Assembly: GCA_049521795.1 (NCBI GenBank)
Contig: JBEKOM010000003.1
Span: forward strand, 96,001 to 160,000
Source of the DNA: Candidatus Bathyarchaeia archaeon
GTDB taxonomy: Archaea > Thermoproteota > Bathyarchaeia > Bathyarchaeales > Bathycorpusculaceae
Length of the DNA: 64,000 nucleotides
Reading direction: 5' to 3'
Under the pieces are notes generated by a model. The model saw nothing but the letters and a program-made list of their open reading frames with translations. It had not been told where the DNA came from and ran no database searches. Each line of letters starts with the position of its first letter. The first letter of the stretch is position 1. The position numbers and the translations under genes were made by a program. Positions 39,096-48,855 of this stretch are shown here, one piece after another.

Positions 39096-39251
39096 TCACT
39101 TCTCTCCTACGAAGGAGTAGAAGCTGCATTCACCCCAGAAAGGCTTTCCCTTCACGCAGCCGCAGCCATTGACATTCTTCTTGTAAGAGTTACACTCGAC
39201 ACAGTTGCTACCGCACGGGGAGGCTAGATCAAGATCAACTTGCTCGTGCAA
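39096..39251 (-). pseudogene. Truncated Cys-rich DUF3795-like gene fragment (51 aa)
   Basis: Hand translation MHEQVDLDLASPCGSNCVECNSYKKNVNGCGCVKGKPFWGECSFYSFVGEK*. Lacks the C-terminal CG.C..FPC half. Confidence 0.55.
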
Positions 39252-39356
39252 CTTCTGGGCTCAGATTGGCTTACGCGGTGAAGATACATATATACGTGCT
39301 CTGGCTTCTCTTTAAACGACGCAGCGCAGAAGATTTAGGTGGAAGTGTAACGACAA

Positions 39357-39902
39357 ATGGTTAGAGAAATGACTGAAACGAACCTTCGAAGCGCGTACGC
39401 GGGTGAAAGCCAAGCGCACATGAGGTACAAGGTCTTTGCAGAGAGAGCCAAGAAACTGGGCTTTCCCAACATAGCTAGACTTTTTGATGCCGTGGCCTTC
39501 GCTGAGAGAATTCATGCTGGTAACCATTTCAGACACATACTCACCAAGGGCGGGGCAACAACGGTTTCAGCCGCAGTTTTCGGGTCCACAAGCACTTCAG
39601 AAGATCTGCAGGCAGGCATCGATGGGGAAAGCTTTGAAATCAGTGAGATGTACCCGGCATACAAGGCTGTGGCCCAGTTTCAAGGCGAGAAGTCAGCTGA
39701 GACAAGCTTCACGTGGGCCTTAGAAGCTGAAAAGATTCACTTGAGCCTGTACAAGAAAGCGAAGGAAGCAGCAGATCAGAAAAAAGACGTGACATTGCAA
39801 CCTGTGCAGGTGTGCACTGTATGCGGCTACACCGTTGAGGGCGATGCGCCGGAAAAATGTCCAATCTGCAACGCCTTAAGAGACAAGTTCAGAACTTTCT
39901 AA
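39357..39902 (+). CDS. rbr: Rubrerythrin
   Basis: NL..AYAGESQA..RY, AE..HA, EMYP, EK.H, C-terminal CTVCGY..CPIC. Confidence 0.95.
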   Translation: MVREMTETNLRSAYAGESQAHMRYKVFAERAKKLGFPNIARLFDAVAFAERIHAGNHFRHILTKGGATTVSAAVFGSTSTSEDLQAGIDGESFEISEMYPAYKAVAQFQGEKSAETSFTWALEAEKIHLSLYKKAKEAADQKKDVTLQPVQVCTVCGYTVEGDAPEKCPICNALRDKFRTF

Positions 39903-39999
39903 CATGAACAAGAGTGCTGATAAGACAATTTGACGACCATTGTCGTACGATCAGTGTGAACCGTGCCCTCATAAGGATGGCAGGAGTGTACAGAAGATC

Positions 40000-40626
40000 A
40001 TGGTAGAAATGGAGAAGATAGAGAGACGGCCTGACCTCTCCGTCGTTGCCTTGGTATCCTTTGCCCTCTCATTTGCTGCGGCCAGAACGTTCACGGCTCT
40101 GAGCCCGAAGGTGATTCTTTCTCCTTCTGGTCTCCACGTTCACCATTTTTGGTTCGGCATAGTCATGCTCGCTGTAGGCGGTTGGCTGGGCATCAGCTAC
40201 AATGATCCTCGGGTTAATCGATTTGCAGCGGTAATCTTCGGGGCTGGAGGTGGCTTGATTGGTGATGAAGCGGGAGTGTTGCTGACACTTGAGAGTAATA
40301 ACTACTGGGCTGGGGCAAGCTACACGTTCGTAATAATATTCTTGGCATCAGCATCGATACTGGTTCTACTGAGCAAATATTCAAGGGAGGTCCTGAAAGA
40401 GTTCAAGGGATTCTCAGGCAGTCGAGGCGGCTTCTATCTGGCTGTTTTTCTTGCGGCAATTTCAACAGCCTTCTTGATAGACACTGACGACCCCAGGGTG
40501 ATCGCTGTCACGAGCCTGCTTACGATAGTCGCATGGGTCACAATACTTGCATACTTGATTCAACGAATCCGAGGAAGACTGAGGCGGCGCCAAGAAGTCG
40601 AAACTTCACCTATGGTTTCTAGCTGA
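40000..40626 (+). CDS. Multi-pass membrane protein with HVHHFWFG motif
   Basis: About 6 TM segments; H.HH and G.GL..DE motifs. Start uncertain. Confidence 0.7.
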   Translation: MVEMEKIERRPDLSVVALVSFALSFAAARTFTALSPKVILSPSGLHVHHFWFGIVMLAVGGWLGISYNDPRVNRFAAVIFGAGGGLIGDEAGVLLTLESNNYWAGASYTFVIIFLASASILVLLSKYSREVLKEFKGFSGSRGGFYLAVFLAAISTAFLIDTDDPRVIAVTSLLTIVAWVTILAYLIQRIRGRLRRRQEVETSPMVSS

Positions 40627-40672
40627 AACATTTAATACACCTTTTTTCGCAGTTATCCAAGGCGTGATTGTC

Positions 40673-41059
40673 ATGGAGACTTCGGACGTGGATGCGAGCA
40701 ACTGGGAACCGGAAATCTCGAAGTCCACAATTTTGACGATTGTCTACTTCTGGCATGAACAATGTCCATGGTGTTTCAGGTTCACCCCTATACTTGAGGA
40801 GGTCGCAGAAGAGTATAGAGGGAAGATCAAGTTTGCGAAGCTGAACGTGCTTGCAAACCCAACTAATCAGGAGATAGCGAACAACTTCGGCGTGATGAGC
40901 ACTCCCACGTTGCTGTTCCTGTGCAAGGGAAGACCAGTAGGACAGGCTGTCGGCCTAATGTTTAAAGAAGACTTGGAGAGGGGACTAAACGACATGCTTA
41001 CAAGGTACAAAGGCTGTCTAAGTCAGAGCACAGAGCTGAGGCCAGCCTACATCGTGTGA
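40673..41059 (+). CDS. Thioredoxin
   Basis: CPWC active site, GVMSTPT cis-Pro motif. Confidence 0.88.
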   Translation: METSDVDASNWEPEISKSTILTIVYFWHEQCPWCFRFTPILEEVAEEYRGKIKFAKLNVLANPTNQEIANNFGVMSTPTLLFLCKGRPVGQAVGLMFKEDLERGLNDMLTRYKGCLSQSTELRPAYIV

Positions 41060-41144
41060 AAACCGGTTGAGAATCAGACTTTGGCCCTCACGCCCACAAA
41101 CGCTTGAAAGCCGTGTCAGCTCTGGAATTTTCTGGCTAAGTCGA

Positions 41145-42032
41145 CTAGGAACCGCCGTGTTCCTCAAGCTCTTTTCTGTTGACGTTTTCGGTGTCTTCGG
41201 GGAGGGGTTCACGGAGCGTCGGATGATGATGCTGAATGCCCACGTACATCTTCATCCTGAAGAACTGTCTGCCCAATACGTCTAGTCGAACAGAGCGAGG
41301 GAAATCGAAGAGCCTCTTCCTAGCCTCATCGGCCACTATGACGATCATCGCGATGGTCGCGCCGAGAAGACCTGTAACAGCAAGAATGGACAGCAGGGGA
41401 ACGGCTATTAGAAGGGAGCTCAACGCAAAGAACACCCATGCTGCACCGGCGCAAGCCAGCAAGAATATGGTTAAGAGGTACGGAACCGCAAATGCAGAGG
41501 CGAAAAACACTGCTGCCAAGACCAGATGGTACAGGCTCAGCTTCGGCAACGTTTTCCTAATCACAAACAAAACTCGCAGGTCGCCCACACCTAGACCAGT
41601 CCCACCTCTGATCGCTTTGACGAAGATGCCCGCATTCTTGTTCAACTCCTGAGTCTCATCAACCATCAGCAGCCCGGCACTGACTAGGAAAACAACGCTG
41701 GCCAGCAAGCCTCCAGCCGCAAGAGTCGTGACAACACCGATAGTGACAACAAGCCAAGAACCGTAGATAGCAAGAAAAACAACCAGCCCCGTGTGACTGT
41801 TTATTATCCTCCTACGCTCCATGTTCGGGTCAAAAACGTTGAAAGTCTTGCTGAAAACTCCAACAGAGAAGTTCTTCGAAAACCTTCCAAGAGCACGCGA
41901 TTTCCTGCGAAGCGCCAACGAAAAGACCAGCGCCGCACAACCCATCGCAACTAGAACCAAGGATGACGCGAACAGTGAAACGTCCTCCGGGAAAACGTTG
42001 AACACCCGTCCCACCAGCTTCAACAATAACAT
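41145..42032 (-). CDS. Multi-pass membrane protein, unknown function
   Basis: 295-aa ORF with about 6 hydrophobic segments. Start uncertain. Confidence 0.6.
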   Translation of the reverse strand: MLLLKLVGRVFNVFPEDVSLFASSLVLVAMGCAALVFSLALRRKSRALGRFSKNFSVGVFSKTFNVFDPNMERRRIINSHTGLVVFLAIYGSWLVVTIGVVTTLAAGGLLASVVFLVSAGLLMVDETQELNKNAGIFVKAIRGGTGLGVGDLRVLFVIRKTLPKLSLYHLVLAAVFFASAFAVPYLLTIFLLACAGAAWVFFALSSLLIAVPLLSILAVTGLLGATIAMIVIVADEARKRLFDFPRSVRLDVLGRQFFRMKMYVGIQHHHPTLREPLPEDTENVNRKELEEHGGS

Positions 42033-42146
42033 AGAAGAAGACCAAACTTAAATCCTTGACTAACCTCACACTCAACCTTGGCTACCCTTACCCAGAAAAA
42101 AAAGTAATGCATTTGGCTGCATGAAACTAGCCAACGGCGACCGAAC

Positions 42147-42944
42147 ATGTCAAAAAGGCTGAACCCTGGCAAGCTGCAAGAAGGTTCAAGAACCAGACTC
42201 TTGGGCAAAAGCATCCTCTTCTCAAAGGAAGTCGCCTCAACAAACCAGTGGGCCAAGAAGCTGGCGAGCCAAGGCGCCCCAGAGGGCTGGATCACGATCG
42301 CAGAAACTCAAACCCACGGGCGGGGAAGACTCGACCGCGAATGGATCTCACCGCTTGGGGGGCTGTGGTTCTCGTTGATTCTCAGGCCTAAACAAGGCTT
42401 GGCGAAGACTGCCGAACTCACATTCGTGGCCGGGGTCGCGGTTGCCGAGACTCTGCATGAACAGTACGGCCTGAGGACTCAGACAAAGTGGCCAAACGAC
42501 GTACTCGTGAACGGACGAAAGATCTGCGGCATTCTCGGGGAGGCGACCACGAAGGGCAAAGAAATCGGCGCTGTCGTCTTGGGAATCGGGATAAACGCCA
42601 ACTTCGATGCGGAACGAGTCTTGCCAGAATCGATCAGAGCAAGGACCACGTCGTTGGAAACCGAACTCAACCGAACAATTCAGCTGGAAGAACTCTTCAG
42701 CAGACTGCTCGAGAAGCTGGAAACGATATATGCACTTTACTCGAGAAGAGGCTTCAGCTCGATTCTTAGAAGATGGAAAAGGTATGCTGGCTTCCTTGGC
42801 CAAGAGGTCGAAGTGACGGAAAGAAACGAGAAGGTCAGAGGCTTGGCCTACGACGTGGACAAGGACGGATCCCTGATTCTCAAGCTTGAGAACGGAACCT
42901 TCAAACATGTTTTCGCCGGAGACGTGTCCCTGCGGACAAAGTGA
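42147..42944 (+). CDS. birA: Biotin-protein ligase (no N-terminal HTH)
   Basis: STN, QTHGRGR..R.W.SP, KWPND, KICGIL, GIGIN. Confidence 0.95.
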   Translation: MSKRLNPGKLQEGSRTRLLGKSILFSKEVASTNQWAKKLASQGAPEGWITIAETQTHGRGRLDREWISPLGGLWFSLILRPKQGLAKTAELTFVAGVAVAETLHEQYGLRTQTKWPNDVLVNGRKICGILGEATTKGKEIGAVVLGIGINANFDAERVLPESIRARTTSLETELNRTIQLEELFSRLLEKLETIYALYSRRGFSSILRRWKRYAGFLGQEVEVTERNEKVRGLAYDVDKDGSLILKLENGTFKHVFAGDVSLRTK

Positions 42945-43091
42945 AAACGGTCTACCAAGACGACTCTCACTCATCGGAAACACGTGAAAAACGCTCCACG
43001 AGGCCTCTGCATCAGAAGCCAGACTCAACTACGTCTTGGGATCAAACAAAAATGGAAGTATGTCTGCAATTGGGCTGCCGTTAAAAAAATC

Positions 43092-43310
43092 CTAGGCCAA
43101 GGCTTTGAGCTTTGCGATCAGTTCCTTCTTCAGCCTTTCGTTTCCCTGAATCTGGGTTCTGGCCTTTCGCCAGTCTGTGGAGCAATTTCCGTAGCTCGAC
43201 TGCTCACCGATGTACTTGTGGATGACCTCGTCAACTTTGCCCTTGTTCTTGTCGGTCACTTTGACACCGGCCTCTTTCAGCACGTCGTTAAACCACTTCC
43301 AGCAAGCCAA
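43092..43310 (-). CDS. Small hypothetical protein
   Basis: 72-aa soluble ORF with GGTGA upstream and protein-like composition. Confidence 0.65.
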   Translation of the reverse strand: MACWKWFNDVLKEAGVKVTDKNKGKVDEVIHKYIGEQSSYGNCSTDWRKARTQIQGNERLKKELIAKLKALA

Positions 43311-43372
43311 CGCACATCACCTTTCAACACGCAAGTTTTACGCGTTCCATGCTTAAAACTTTCTGTCCTCAG

Positions 43373-43534
43373 CTATTTTGCCTTTGCTTTCTTCTGCTCG
43401 TACCGCTCAGCGCATCTGACGCAGCAGAAGGCGTACTCTTTTCCGTCTATCGTAGTCGTGTAAGCCGCGAGCCTGCACGTTTCTAACGGTATCTCAGCGT
43501 TGCAGTATTCGCATTTGACGAACTTGGGCTTCAT
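43373..43534 (-). CDS. TRASH/YHS metal-binding domain protein (53 aa)
   Basis: Hand translation MKPKFVKCEYCNAEIPLETCRLAAYTTTIDGKEYAFCCVRCAERYEQKKAKAK; ATGA overlap with the iscU stop. Confidence 0.8.
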   Translation of the reverse strand: MKPKFVKCEYCNAEIPLETCRLAAYTTTIDGKEYAFCCVRCAERYEQKKAKAK

Positions 43535-43917
43535 CCTTTCACCTCTTTGGCCTTCTGTCTCTTGTAATAGTCCTCTATAGCAGCGTGCAGCGCGTCAGCT
43601 GCGAGGTTTGAGCAGTGCATCTTGACTGGGGGCAAACCGCCGAGAGAGTCCGCGACGTTGGCGCGGGTGATCTTCATTCCCTCTTCCAATGTTTTTCCTT
43701 TGGCCAGCTCCGTGATCATGCTGCTCGTCGCGATCGCTGACCCGCAGCCGAAAGTCTTGAACTTGATGTCTTCGAGACGATTGTCCTTGACCTTTATGTA
43801 GATGGTCATGAGGTCTCCGCAGACAGGGTTACCAACCGTGCCCACACCGTCCGCATCCGGGATCTCGCCCATGTTCCGTGGGTTTCTGAAGTGTTCCATC
43901 ACTTTCTCAGTGTACAT
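43531..43917 (-). CDS. iscU: Fe-S cluster scaffold IscU/NifU
   Basis: HF.NPRN.G, GNPVCGD, FKTFGCGSAIA, LPPVKMHCS. Confidence 0.96.
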   Translation of the reverse strand: MYTEKVMEHFRNPRNMGEIPDADGVGTVGNPVCGDLMTIYIKVKDNRLEDIKFKTFGCGSAIATSSMITELAKGKTLEEGMKITRANVADSLGGLPPVKMHCSNLAADALHAAIEDYYKRQKAKEVKG

Positions 43918-45101
43918 CAGGCGTTCAGCTCCTTCGGAGTTAACGGCGATATCGCTCTTAACCTTTTTACTATGCCTGGCATCAAGCCTATCACGTAATC
44001 AACCTGCTGCTCAGTGTTTTCCTTCCCCAGAGTGAACATCAGGGAACCATGTGCTTCCTCATGCTTGAGTCCAATCGCTAGCAACACGTGCGAGGGTTCC
44101 AAGGTCTTTGCTGTGCAGGCTGAACCTGACGACGCATAGACACCCATCAGGTCAAGGCTCAGCAGCATTGATTCACCCTCTATGAAACTGTATCTGACTG
44201 AAACGTTGTCAGGCAGTCGTTCGGTCGGATGCCCATTCAGGAATGAGTATGGAATTGGCTTCAACAAACCCTCAATGAGTCTGTCCCTCAACCTCGTCAG
44301 CTGGGCGCAATTAGTCTGCATTTCCTTCTTGGCTATTTCGGCAGCTTTTCCGAAACCAACTATGCCGGGCACATTTTCTGTTCCTGACCTTAACCCCCGT
44401 TCCTGTCCGCCGCCGTGTAACAATGGTTCGACGGGCACTCCTGTCTTTATGTAAAGGGCACCGACACCCTTAGGGCCGCACATGTCGTTGGAGGAGATCG
44501 TGAGCAGGTCTATGTTCTCGTTTTTCACGTCTATCGGAACCTGCCCGCAGGCGGCTGTGGCATCTACATGGAGGTAAGCATTCTTGCTGTGCACGATTTT
44601 GCTGATTTCCCTTATGTGTTCAACTGTTCCTATTTCGCCGTTTGCGTACACGATGGAAACGAGGATTGTCTTGTCGGTCAACACCTTTTCCAGGTTTTCG
44701 AGAATCACAAAACCGTACTTGTCAACTGGGACGTAGACGGATTCGAATCCTCTTGTGGTCAGGAATTTGAACGAGTTGACCACTGACATGTGCTCAATCG
44801 CTGACGTTATTATTCGTGTTCCATGATCCTTGTTCCGGTTTGCAACTCCTTTTATTGCCATGTTGTTGCTCTCAGTGGCTCCTGAAGTGAAAATTACAGA
44901 CTCCCTTTTTTCAGCGTTAATCAATTCAGCAACTTTTGCCCTTGCGTCTTCAAGGCCGCGCTTAGCTTCTTGTCCGAACGCGTGCAAGGATGAAGCGTTG
45001 CCGAAAGACGATTCCATATACGGGAGCATGGCCTCTGTGACCCGAGGGTCTACAGGTTTTCCAGCCGAATGGTCCATGTAAACTCGCTGCGTCGCCGACA
45101 T
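43917..45101 (-). CDS. iscS: Cysteine desulfurase IscS/NifS
   Basis: FTSGATESNN, GGGQERGLRSGTENV, SSGSAC. The PLP-Lys motif is atypical (SSNDMCGPKG). Confidence 0.92.
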   Translation of the reverse strand: MSATQRVYMDHSAGKPVDPRVTEAMLPYMESSFGNASSLHAFGQEAKRGLEDARAKVAELINAEKRESVIFTSGATESNNMAIKGVANRNKDHGTRIITSAIEHMSVVNSFKFLTTRGFESVYVPVDKYGFVILENLEKVLTDKTILVSIVYANGEIGTVEHIREISKIVHSKNAYLHVDATAACGQVPIDVKNENIDLLTISSNDMCGPKGVGALYIKTGVPVEPLLHGGGQERGLRSGTENVPGIVGFGKAAEIAKKEMQTNCAQLTRLRDRLIEGLLKPIPYSFLNGHPTERLPDNVSVRYSFIEGESMLLSLDLMGVYASSGSACTAKTLEPSHVLLAIGLKHEEAHGSLMFTLGKENTEQQVDYVIGLMPGIVKRLRAISPLTPKELNA

Positions 45102-45135
45102 GCATCATTCACTCGAACACGCGTTCAGTTGCTTC

Positions 45136-45372
45136 TCATTTAACCTTTCTAATCACTATATGAACTTCGTTTCCTCTCTTGGTCACGCTTACAAGTTCTT
45201 GCTCCAAGTTTTTCACGAGGCTCTTGATGTCTGACTCTGCGGCCGGGTCATCTGCCAAGACCTCCAGCGTCTCGCCGACCTTCAACTCGTCTAGTTCCAT
45301 TCTCGTCTTGAAAACAGGTTCGGGACAGTATAAACCTAAGCAATCCAACGTTCTGTCAGCCTTTTCTTTCAT
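45136..45372 (-). CDS. tusA: TusA-family sulfurtransferase
   Basis: LDCLGLYCPEP, LEVLADDP. Confidence 0.92.
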   Translation of the reverse strand: MKEKADRTLDCLGLYCPEPVFKTRMELDELKVGETLEVLADDPAAESDIKSLVKNLEQELVSVTKRGNEVHIVIRKVK

Positions 45373-45469
45373 GACGTCCCCTCATGCACTACAGCTTAGA
45401 GAGAAAAGTAAAAGCCTTTCGCATAATCATCAGTTTTCAACGTGGCCTGTGTCTGCTCTTGTTCCTTGT

Positions 45470-45781
45470 TCACTGAGTTATTTTTATCGCTTGAGTGGGA
45501 CATTGAGTTTCGCATGCCATGCATTTTATGCAGTCTTGTTCTCTCGCAGGATCAGACTTCTTCTCAGAAATAGGGTGTCCAGGCGCGTCCCCCCAATCGA
45601 ACAATGCCACGGGGCAGACTTCCAAGCAGACCCCGTCTCCAGTGCAAACGTCCCAATCTACAGCAACGGTTGTTCCATGCACACCGAGCTTCTTAGGAGG
45701 TTCAACAGGCCCCCAAACGTTGTGACCATTATGTTGACTGACGACACTGCGTTTCTTCTGAAAATCTGGGTCTATCGGCAA
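45470..45781 (-). CDS. zfx: Zinc-containing 7Fe ferredoxin (Zfx type)
   Basis: PIDPDF, HNGH.VWGPV, LGVHGT, C..DG.C...CP, CIKCMAC..CP. TTG start behind GGTGA. Confidence 0.88.
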   Translation of the reverse strand: MPIDPDFQKKRSVVSQHNGHNVWGPVEPPKKLGVHGTTVAVDWDVCTGDGVCLEVCPVALFDWGDAPGHPISEKKSDPAREQDCIKCMACETQCPTQAIKITQ

Positions 45782-45920
45782 GACGGTTTCACCATTCAAC
45801 AGCACAGCCGATGGAAATATAACCCTTTTGCTGCATCAGTTGAGCAGTCGGCGTTGGCTCAACAGCGAAAGATTTAAAGATTTGCAGGAAAGCAAGTGTT
45901 GTAACAAAGGAGAAACGCGC

Positions 45921-46535
45921 ATGGAACAGGACAAGTTTTACACTTTGCCAAAACTGCCTTACGATTACGCGGACCTCGTACCGCACATGTCCAAGGAGCA
46001 GTTAACGATACACCACGACAAGCATCATCAGGCGTACGTTAACGGCGCAAACGCGATACTTCAGAAGCTTGACAAGGCGAGGAAAGAGAACGTCGACTTG
46101 GACGTCAAGTCAACTCTGAAAGAGTTGTCATGGAACATAGGGGGACACCTGTTGCATTCCCTGTTCTGGGGCAACCTAGCGCCGCCGAGCAAGGCAGGAG
46201 GAAAACCAGGCGGCAAATTAGGCGATTGGTTGGATGGAGAGTTCGGAAGCTTCGACCGATTCAAGAAGGAGTTTACGCAGGCGGCGACCAGCGTGGAAGG
46301 CTCCGGATGGGCGGCTCTTTCAAGGTGCACGCAGACCAGCAGGCCGCTGATCATGCAGGTAGAGAAACACAACACCAACGTTTATCCTACGTACAAGGTT
46401 CTCATGGTTCTCGACGTGTTCGAGCACGCATATTACATCGACTACAAGAACGACAGAGCCAAATTCGTAGAGGCATTCTGGAACCTCGTCAACTGGAACG
46501 AAGTGAACAAGAGATTCGAAGCAGCTCTGAAGTGA
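45921..46535 (+). CDS. sod: Fe/Mn superoxide dismutase
   Basis: [33 protein letters not shown]. Confidence 0.96.
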   Translation: MEQDKFYTLPKLPYDYADLVPHMSKEQLTIHHDKHHQAYVNGANAILQKLDKARKENVDLDVKSTLKELSWNIGGHLLHSLFWGNLAPPSKAGGKPGGKLGDWLDGEFGSFDRFKKEFTQAATSVEGSGWAALSRCTQTSRPLIMQVEKHNTNVYPTYKVLMVLDVFEHAYYIDYKNDRAKFVEAFWNLVNWNEVNKRFEAALK

Positions 46536-46664
46536 GACAACCGTTGCGGTTTCACTGTCTAAGCAGGAAAACTGAACCCGGATGGTTCAAACTTGAAACG
46601 GAGACCGAACCGTCAAAAATATTAGTTGAAACCGAATGACTATGTCATGAAAAGGGGTCAAGAA

Positions 46665-47036
46665 ATGAGTACCAAACGTTCAATGAACATCGTATACATC
46701 GTGGGAATCATAGTCCTGGTAGCCTTTGGAATATTCACGTGGTGGGTACGACAAGACATCTATCAACAAGTGGCTGGCGTCGACCAATTGGCTGCACTCA
46801 TGTACATCGTGTTGGGATATGGAGCTGTTATTCTTGCTCTGAGTGCGTTGGGATTTAAAGTCAGAGCGGGCTTGAAGTATGTCGCAGGCATCATAGTCTT
46901 AACGGGTTTCGGGGCATTCACATGGTATGCAGAAGCATACGTTTCCCCGCAATTAGGTATCTTCTTTGGTTTCGCGTTGGCGTATATGAGTGCTGTTTTT
47001 GTGCTCTTCTACCTCCTGGGGCGTTACGGAGGCTGA
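46665..47036 (+). CDS. 4-TM membrane protein with internal duplication
   Basis: Repeated Y(I/V).GIIVL..FG.FTW; four hydrophobic helices. Confidence 0.7.
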   Translation: MSTKRSMNIVYIVGIIVLVAFGIFTWWVRQDIYQQVAGVDQLAALMYIVLGYGAVILALSALGFKVRAGLKYVAGIIVLTGFGAFTWYAEAYVSPQLGIFFGFALAYMSAVFVLFYLLGRYGG

Positions 47037-47222
47037 TAACGCCTCTGGGCTTTGGCCAAGGAAACAAACATTTTCTCTAAAACCGTTTTGCCGAAATGGT
47101 CTATGCTCTCTCAATTTAACTTTTCCAGAATGCATTCTTACGCCGGAATACTCTGATTGCAGAGAAATGAAGCGCTTGCGTGCGAAGCGCGTTCCAACTC
47201 TGAGCTGCTCGCTTCTCACGGC

Positions 47223-48185
47223 TCACTTTACAATGAGGATCGGATGCCTCGTATAATGTAAAACATGGTTGGCTACACTGCCAAGCAGTGATCGACTTTC
47301 ACCGCCGTTACCCTTGCCACCCATGACTATGATGTCAAAGTCTTCTTTCTCGGCGATCTCTGAGATTTTTTTAGCCGGGTCTCCTGCCTCAAGTTTCTGT
47401 TCAAAACTCATCCCACTGAGCTTTCCAGCAGCGTCCGCCAGAATGCCTCTTCCAATCGCCATGGAAACTTCAGGCCGCATACTGAACAGGTGCGATTCCT
47501 GGACGTGAAGTAACGTTAGCTTCGCATTGAGTTTTTTGGATAAGGCAGCAGCGCACATCAGTGCCTTTTCGGAATCCTTTGAGCCGTCGATTGGAACAAG
47601 CACCTTTGAAATTTCCTGTTTTTCTCCCCCGACCAGCACGGGTATATCTGCTTGGCGTGACACCTTGTAAGCTACACTTCCCAAGTGCGCTTCCTTCTCT
47701 TTTTGCCCGTTCCGTCCCATGACTATCAAGTCGTAATCTTCCCTGTCAACTTCCTCCATCACAGCTTCGGCCACGCTCTTATGCTCTACAACCTTCTGTT
47801 CAGCGTGTACACCATCCTCTTTGAACGTAATCGCAGCGTCAGCAACGATTTCTTCTCCATGCTGACGATAAAGGCTGGTAAGCTCATCTTCGATTCTTTC
47901 CGAATAGTGTGCACCAGGGGACGTGGGTTCTGGTCCCTCCTCTTGAACCATCACACTGTCAGCCACGGCAGCAGATTCTGTGTCGCCAGAGTCTGTGAGA
48001 CCGCGGCCTACCATCAAGAAGTCTTTGAAGCGACTTCTCATCAGTTCATGAGTAACGACGTGAAAAACCGTTACTTCTGAATTCAGCTTCTTAGCCAGTA
48101 GAATCGCCAATTCCTGACCAGAGAGCGCTCGATCCGAACCATCTGTTAGAAAGAGTATCTTCTTGAAAACCTGTTCACGTTCCAT
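47223..48185 (-). CDS. Tandem universal stress protein (2x USP)
   Basis: KIL..TDGS, DLIVMG..LGSVA twice, PVLV/PILIV. Confidence 0.93.
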   Translation of the reverse strand: MEREQVFKKILFLTDGSDRALSGQELAILLAKKLNSEVTVFHVVTHELMRSRFKDFLMVGRGLTDSGDTESAAVADSVMVQEEGPEPTSPGAHYSERIEDELTSLYRQHGEEIVADAAITFKEDGVHAEQKVVEHKSVAEAVMEEVDREDYDLIVMGRNGQKEKEAHLGSVAYKVSRQADIPVLVGGEKQEISKVLVPIDGSKDSEKALMCAAALSKKLNAKLTLLHVQESHLFSMRPEVSMAIGRGILADAAGKLSGMSFEQKLEAGDPAKKISEIAEKEDFDIIVMGGKGNGGESRSLLGSVANHVLHYTRHPILIVK

Positions 48186-48381
48186 ACGCCTTCAACCTGC
48201 GTTTCTGTTTAATGTTCATCGTTTTATAAAGTCTTTTCGGAAACGCTGTTCTTTCCCTAGTTACACCGAACACTGTTCCTGTGCACTCTTTCTTTAGTCC
48301 CGTCCCTCGCCGTGTGGACTCGGAGAAACCTTAAGAACGGCTATTACACTGAATCCTTTCGTGCGTGGTTTGAGAATTTTT

Positions 48382-48531
48382 ATGGAAAAGTTTGACTTTC
48401 TGGTAATCGGTGCAGGCTCTGGAATAACAGTGGCCGCGAACGCTGTTGCCAGTGGTCTGAAAACAAGCTTCCAAGAATCTTGTGTGAAGCGACGACGCTT
48501 CGTTCAAGGGAAGCTAAATCGTTATATCTAG
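48382..48531 (+). pseudogene. N-terminal remnant of a pyridine nucleotide-disulfide oxidoreductase (dihydrolipoamide dehydrogenase-like)
   Basis: MEKFDFLVIGAGSGITVAANAVASGLKT..., a Rossmann FAD start that loses similarity after about 28 aa and stops at codon 50. Confidence 0.65.
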
Positions 48532-48555
48532 GGCAACGATAACGCTCAATGCAAA

Positions 48556-48855
48556 ATGGTAAGTGATAGCTTGAACAGGGTCAAGGTTGCAGGCAATAAC
48601 AATAAGCACAAGGTGTTGATGTACGCGATAAGCACCTGTGCCTGGTGTAAGATGACGAAGAGATTCCTGAATGAAAACAACGTGGAGTACGAGTACGTTG
48701 ACGTTGACCTGACCACTGACGAGGACCACGAGAAGATCAGAGAAGACATCATCAGCAGGGGAGGAGAGCCTAGCTTTCCAACGCTGATCATTGACAACGA
48801 GACTGTGATCACCGGTTTTCGCAAAGACAAGATAAAAGAGGCCCTGGATCTTTGA
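48556..48855 (+). CDS. NrdH/glutaredoxin-like redoxin
   Basis: STCAWC, SFPTLII..GF. Confidence 0.9.
   Translation: MVSDSLNRVKVAGNNNKHKVLMYAISTCAWCKMTKRFLNENNVEYEYVDVDLTTDEDHEKIREDIISRGGEPSFPTLIIDNETVITGFRKDKIKEALDL

Noticed and set aside
45179-45877. 232-aa plus-strand ORF
   Set aside because: Overlaps tusA and zfx antisense; no coding signal of its own.
46565-46635. GAAACnGA-like short repeats after sod
   Set aside because: Short, irregularly spaced and degenerate; not distinguishable from chance.
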